A DNA stretch of 59,809 nt from a virus (Duplodnaviria > Caudoviricetes), in IMG/VR virus record IMGVR_UViG_3300020181_000014, positions 1-59,809 of that record; one strand, given 5' to 3'. Below, one piece after another: positions 56,178-59,809 of the stretch (its first letter is position 1; every line of letters begins with the position of its first letter). The notes beneath the pieces were generated by a model that worked only from the letters and a program-made list of their open reading frames with translations, was not told the origin of the DNA and ran no database searches. Both the position numbers and the translations under genes were made by a program.

Positions 56178-56509
56178 CCATCAGTACCAGTCTTGAGACT
56201 AGAAAGGTCGAGAAGGACCTTCATTGCTGTCTCTCTTGCCCTGGGGTCCATTTGGGCAAGAAGCTCGTCAGCTGTCGGGGCGGTAGGGGGGCGGAAGAGC
56301 TGGTCGACCTCGCAGTCGAGCGCAAAAGCGATCGCTTCGAGCCAGTCCTGATTATACCGCTGGCGTCCATTCATCAGCTTGGAAATGACACTCTTGCTCG
56401 TGTCGAGGCGGCCGGCCAGCTGCTCGGCTGTAAGTCCACGATAATCAAGCCATTCGCGCAGGAATAAGCGCGCCGGACGACGGTTCCGGTGGTGGATCTT
56501 CGTAGGCAT
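56174..56509 (-). CDS. cI: XRE-family phage repressor without S24 peptidase domain
   Basis: LREW...RGLT.EQLA..L.TSKS.ISKL.NG; divergent from cro; ~111 aa. Confidence 0.8.
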   Translation of the reverse strand: MPTKIHHRNRRPARLFLREWLDYRGLTAEQLAGRLDTSKSVISKLMNGRQRYNQDWLEAIAFALDCEVDQLFRPPTAPTADELLAQMDPRARETAMKVLLDLSSLKTGTDG

Positions 56510-56607
56510 GTTTCTATTATGCCTTACTGCAGCGCACAAGGCGTTCCACAAACCAGAAACTTTCTTTGATTTGCGTGTTGACGCGCCAATGTTTCTGTTA
56601 TAGAAAC
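56510..56607. promoter_or_regulatory. OR region: operators and leaderless PR/PRM
   Basis: Palindrome GTTTCT-N5-AGAAAC (56591-607), GTTCCA-N6-AGAAAC (56543-60), TTGACG 56578; no SD before either ATG. Confidence 0.65.
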
Positions 56608-56613
56608 TAAGGC

Positions 56614-56829
56614 ATGAAGCAGCAGCAGATGCACGCCCTTACCAAGTTTCGCACGGATCGGGGTCTCACCCTCGAAGATTTCGGCAAGCTCGTGCCGGCG
56701 TCCAAAGCAGCTGTCTGCAAATGGGAGAATGGACACGCGGTCCCGCGCCCGGCGACGATCAAGAGGATCGCCAAGCTGACGAAGGGGTCTGTGTCCGTCG
56801 AAACCTGGTTCAAGGAGGCCGCGAAGTGA
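56614..56829 (+). CDS. cro: Cro-like HTH regulator
   Basis: RGLTLEDFG..V..SKAAV.KWENG...P. Confidence 0.82.
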   Translation: MKQQQMHALTKFRTDRGLTLEDFGKLVPASKAAVCKWENGHAVPRPATIKRIAKLTKGSVSVETWFKEAAK

Positions 56830-56831
56830 CC

Positions 56832-57110
56832 TCAGTGCTGAACGTGCTTCTCCAGGCTGGCGACTTCCCCGGCAAGTTCCCACGCCAGGGCTTCTCTGGC
56901 GGTTTTGAGAACAGCAAGGGCCACAGAGTCCACGTGCATAATAATCCGTGCCACGACGATGCGCTCTTCTACTCCATCGGGGAACCGTTTCTGAGTGGTG
57001 TAAAATACAAAGCGGATGTTGCCGCCTCCCAGGCTCTCTATCTCCGCGAGTCCGGATACAAAAGTATCTGGCACGACGCTCAGATCTATGAGCGGTGCTT
57101 TGCTCAACAT
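56832..57110 (-). CDS. Hypothetical protein, inverted within early operon
   Basis: GAGGGAAGG SD; VPDTFVSGL..IE.LG.GN.RF. Confidence 0.65.
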   Translation of the reverse strand: MLSKAPLIDLSVVPDTFVSGLAEIESLGGGNIRFVFYTTQKRFPDGVEERIVVARIIMHVDSVALAVLKTAREALAWELAGEVASLEKHVQH

Positions 57111-57286
57111 GATGTGCCTTCCCTCGTTCAAGGCTCTCCTCATCCCTTACTGGAAAGAGCACACCCCAATTGCCGTAGGAGTGCAAGCAAAAGTTACCTT
57201 GGGTTGCGTGCCGGGAACGCAAAAGTGATGGGCCAGGGAATGGGCGCGGAAGAGTGCTCAAATGATCAAACCGAGGCCCGCGCATC

Positions 57287-57763
57287 ATGACCAAGATCAA
57301 TGACGGTGGGCCTGTCCTTCTCGCGCTTCAGAATGGTGGACACGCAATAATCTCCGAGGTGGACTTCCCCGTTCTTAGTGCCTTCAAGTGGAGAAGGGGG
57401 GGCAACGGGTATGCGTACCGGTGCGGTGCCAACCTTCGCGGCGTCCAAACCCTCTTGCACAGGATTGTGCTCGACGCACCTCGCGGAAAAGAGGTTCATC
57501 ACAGAAACGGTGACAAGCTCGACTGCCGCAGGGAAAACCTTGAGCTCACAACACCAAGTGGACATCAGGAATACCACAAGAGCCAGCTCATCGAGCGCAA
57601 CTTGGCTTCGCGCAAATATCCACTGACTGGCGTCTGCAAGCATTGTGGAAATAGCTTCATTCGAGATCCCAATCACCGAGGCCGCCAAACCTGCTGCTCT
57701 AAAGACTGCGCCATACGAATTGCGATAACGGCTCGAAAGGAACGCGCCAATGCCGCGGCCTGA
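57287..57763 (+). CDS. HNH homing endonuclease with C-terminal zinc finger
   Basis: LLHR.V.....EVHH.NG.KLD.RRENL; CKHC...CSKDC. Confidence 0.88.
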   Translation: MTKINDGGPVLLALQNGGHAIISEVDFPVLSAFKWRRGGNGYAYRCGANLRGVQTLLHRIVLDAPRGKEVHHRNGDKLDCRRENLELTTPSGHQEYHKSQLIERNLASRKYPLTGVCKHCGNSFIRDPNHRGRQTCCSKDCAIRIAITARKERANAAA

Positions 57764-57986
57764 GAACCCTCCCGCATTTCCAACAGAACCAAACACGCAA
57801 CCTGGGTTCTATGCCCACCATGGGATGTCCCTTCGCGACTGGCTCGCTACTCACGCTCTTACTGCCATCATCACTGCGGACGGCATCCAATACATCGAGA
57901 GGCTGCACTATCATGCACGCCTCGCCTATGAGCAGGCCGACGTCATGCTCGCCGAGCGATCCAAATCCCAGGACTCCGGCAAATGA
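57750..57986 (+). CDS. Conserved phage protein (PAFP...GMSLRD..A...AY..AD.ML family)
   Basis: Signature motifs. Confidence 0.8.
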   Translation: MPRPENPPAFPTEPNTQPGFYAHHGMSLRDWLATHALTAIITADGIQYIERLHYHARLAYEQADVMLAERSKSQDSGK

Positions 57987-59417
57987 CTGAGACACGCTTC
58001 ACTCCTGGCGAATGGAAGGCATGGTGCGCCCCTGACGGGACATGGTTGGTCCGCGCGCAATATTTCGATGCAGGTCTCAGGCACACCGCGTTCATCGCTA
58101 CCGTCAAGTGCGGAGCGCAGAACGACGAAGCAAATGCATTGGTCATGGCATCTACTCCCGATCTCCATGCCGCCTGCCAGATGCTTGTAGACAGCTATTC
58201 GGAAGAGCAGGGGGCCTACGGCCTAGGAGCACTGTATCAGGCCAGACAGGCTGCATCTCGTGCCCTCGCAAAAGCTCGCGGGGAGAAATCCTCATGAGCG
58301 AGACAGCGAAATACACTTCGATCGCTGATGTTATCGCCGGGGAATACTCCTCCACTGGCGGTGCCGAATTCAATCGCCTCTCTGACGCCATAGCGATGGC
58401 TCTCCTCGCCGCCGAACAGGATGGCATCCGCGAAGGCATGAGAAGGGCGGCGGAGATCGCGCGCGAACACCTTTCCCACGTTCTCAATCATCACCCAGAC
58501 ATCGAGGGCGATGATCTTGTTGCTCACGGCTACGGCAATGCGGCCTTGAACATCCGGACTGAGATTCTCTCCGAAATGGGAGGCCAGTAGTCTCATGAGC
58601 ACCATCCTCCTATTCCCTGCAGGGGATGCATCTGACCGCAGCCCGGCTGCCGAGCGCAAATGCTCGGACCTTCTATTCAACCCCGCTCCGCACTCCCCTG
58701 GGATCCCGGCGGCGATCCCTAGCCAAGAGAGGCAGCGAAAGCGCCAAAAGCAGTTTCAGCATGTCGAAGCTGTCGAGCGGGGCCGCGTCCGCGCGGGTTT
58801 CATCCTAACGTTTAATGCCTCTCAAGCCGCCACCAATTCAGATCGTCACGTCCTCCTTTCCGTGACGATGAAGCCGGGGGAGACTGGCTCCTCCCACAAC
58901 TCCCTGTCTCCTCCGGCACCCCTTCACACACCCTGGACAATCACCCGCGAGAGGTGGTGGGCATGAAACGCATGGTCTTCGCGGTTGCAGCGACAATCGG
59001 AGCCTACCTCTGGGCGTCGTTCATGACATGGCAGTTTCCAGTTCGCTTCTGGGACTGGTCTATCAGTGATCGATTTGACTTTCTCGTAGCCCTCTTAGGC
59101 GCCCTCATCGTCACACAGTTCGTACTGTGGGTGCTGGAGGAAACGAAAGAATGACCTGGCGCGACACCTACGAAATCATCTGGCACGGCCCAACAACGGA
59201 AGACCTTGAGCGCGTGGTTCGCGACGAGATCGCCTCCGAGCTGAGCAAATACGCCGCGCCCTCCGATCTTGTTTTCTTGCCAATCTTCCTTGCCGAAGAC
59301 GATGCTTATAGCGGCCCCTGCGTCATGATCTGGGGCGAGGAAGGTGATAGCCGCCTTCATGCTCAATACCATCCTGCCATGTCTCCAGTGACTCTGGATG
59401 AGGTGGTGTTCGAATGA
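57983..59417 (+). other. Small early-right hypothetical genes (57983-58297, 58294-58590, 58963-59154, 59151-59417)
   Basis: ATGA coupling; FTPGEW...ANA.VMA.TPDL family motif in the first. Confidence 0.65.
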
Positions 59418-59614
59418 CCGCGCAGACCTCTCATTTGAACCTCAGATGGACAGTTCGTGACGTTGACACGGTGCTCTCCATGGCTCGTTCAGGTCGGTCT
59501 GCCCGTTCCATCGCCCTGTGGTTCACCAAGGCTCGTTTCCCTGCATCGAGCGCTGAGATTGAGCGCATCTGCCGGGATGCTGGCGTCCTCCTCAAGAAGA
59601 AGAGGAGCGCGTGA
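59414..59614 (+). CDS. Small HTH protein with GcrA-N-terminus-like pattern
   Basis: WT...V.T.......G.SA..IA spacing as in the GcrA NTD. Confidence 0.5.
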   Translation: MTAQTSHLNLRWTVRDVDTVLSMARSGRSARSIALWFTKARFPASSAEIERICRDAGVLLKKKRSA

Positions 59615-59809
59615 TGGGCAAGCGTTCCTCCTTCACTCGCAGACCTATGGACGACTATCCGACGATAGATCCACGGGCCGTTGCCGCCCTGGTGCCGCAC
59701 CTCGAAGGTGTTCGGACCTTTGCAGAACCCTGCTGCGGCGAGGGGCATCTCATTCGCCAGCTCGAATCTTTCGGCCTCAAGTGCGCATGGCATTCCGATA
59801 TCAGCCTTG
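59614..59809 (+). CDS. Small N6-adenine DNA methyltransferase, 5' part (continues at 1-466)
   Basis: ATG 59614 overlaps upstream TGA; MGKRSSFTRRPMDDYPTIDPRAV joins in frame to the ORF ending at 466. Confidence 0.85.
   Translation, partial: MGKRSSFTRRPMDDYPTIDPRAVAALVPHLEGVRTFAEPCCGEGHLIRQLESFGLKCAWHSDISL
59667..59809. repeat. Direct terminal repeat, right copy
   Basis: Identical to 1-143 except one base; implies a ~59,666-bp circle. Confidence 0.95.

Overview
The window is an apparently complete, circularly permuted ~59.67-kb temperate podovirus-type phage genome. Bases 1-143 recur at 59667-59809, and an adenine MTase gene runs across the junction. The host is most likely a Rhizobiales alphaproteobacterium, based on a Rhizobium-like SSB, a DUF982 gene and a GTTC-N7-GTTC LexA box. 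Layout: (i) the rightward early operon runs from cro through HNH, three DNA methyltransferases, RusA, an orphan replication-protein C-terminal domain, two DnaA-C HTH proteins and GIY-YIG to a NusG-like antiterminator; (ii) a TTGACA-17-TATATA late promoter precedes a long structured leader; (iii) a fibre module, terminase, P22-like portal, scaffold, N4-gp56-type capsid, adaptor, tail fibre, nozzle, ejection proteins, virion lysozyme and lysis cassette follow; (iv) morons include DUF4214, PcfJ and an SOS-boxed pair; (v) attP is the 3' half of tRNA-Val(CAC), followed by int/xis, the leftward early operon (NinB, SSB, Rad52-like SSAP) and a peptidase-less cI. The strongest novel candidate is a ~260-nt highly structured non-coding RNA (55239-55496) with its own promoter, directly upstream of a small HNH nuclease, in a genome with no recognisable full-length replication initiator. 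Other notable items: a nested alternative-frame subunit in the C5-MTase, repeated ACGUNAC-loop hairpins and pseudoknots before the scaffold and capsid genes, a LexA-boxed candidate antirepressor, and stop-free antisense bridging ORFs over inverted genes. All protein family calls come from motif recognition by eye, not from database searches.
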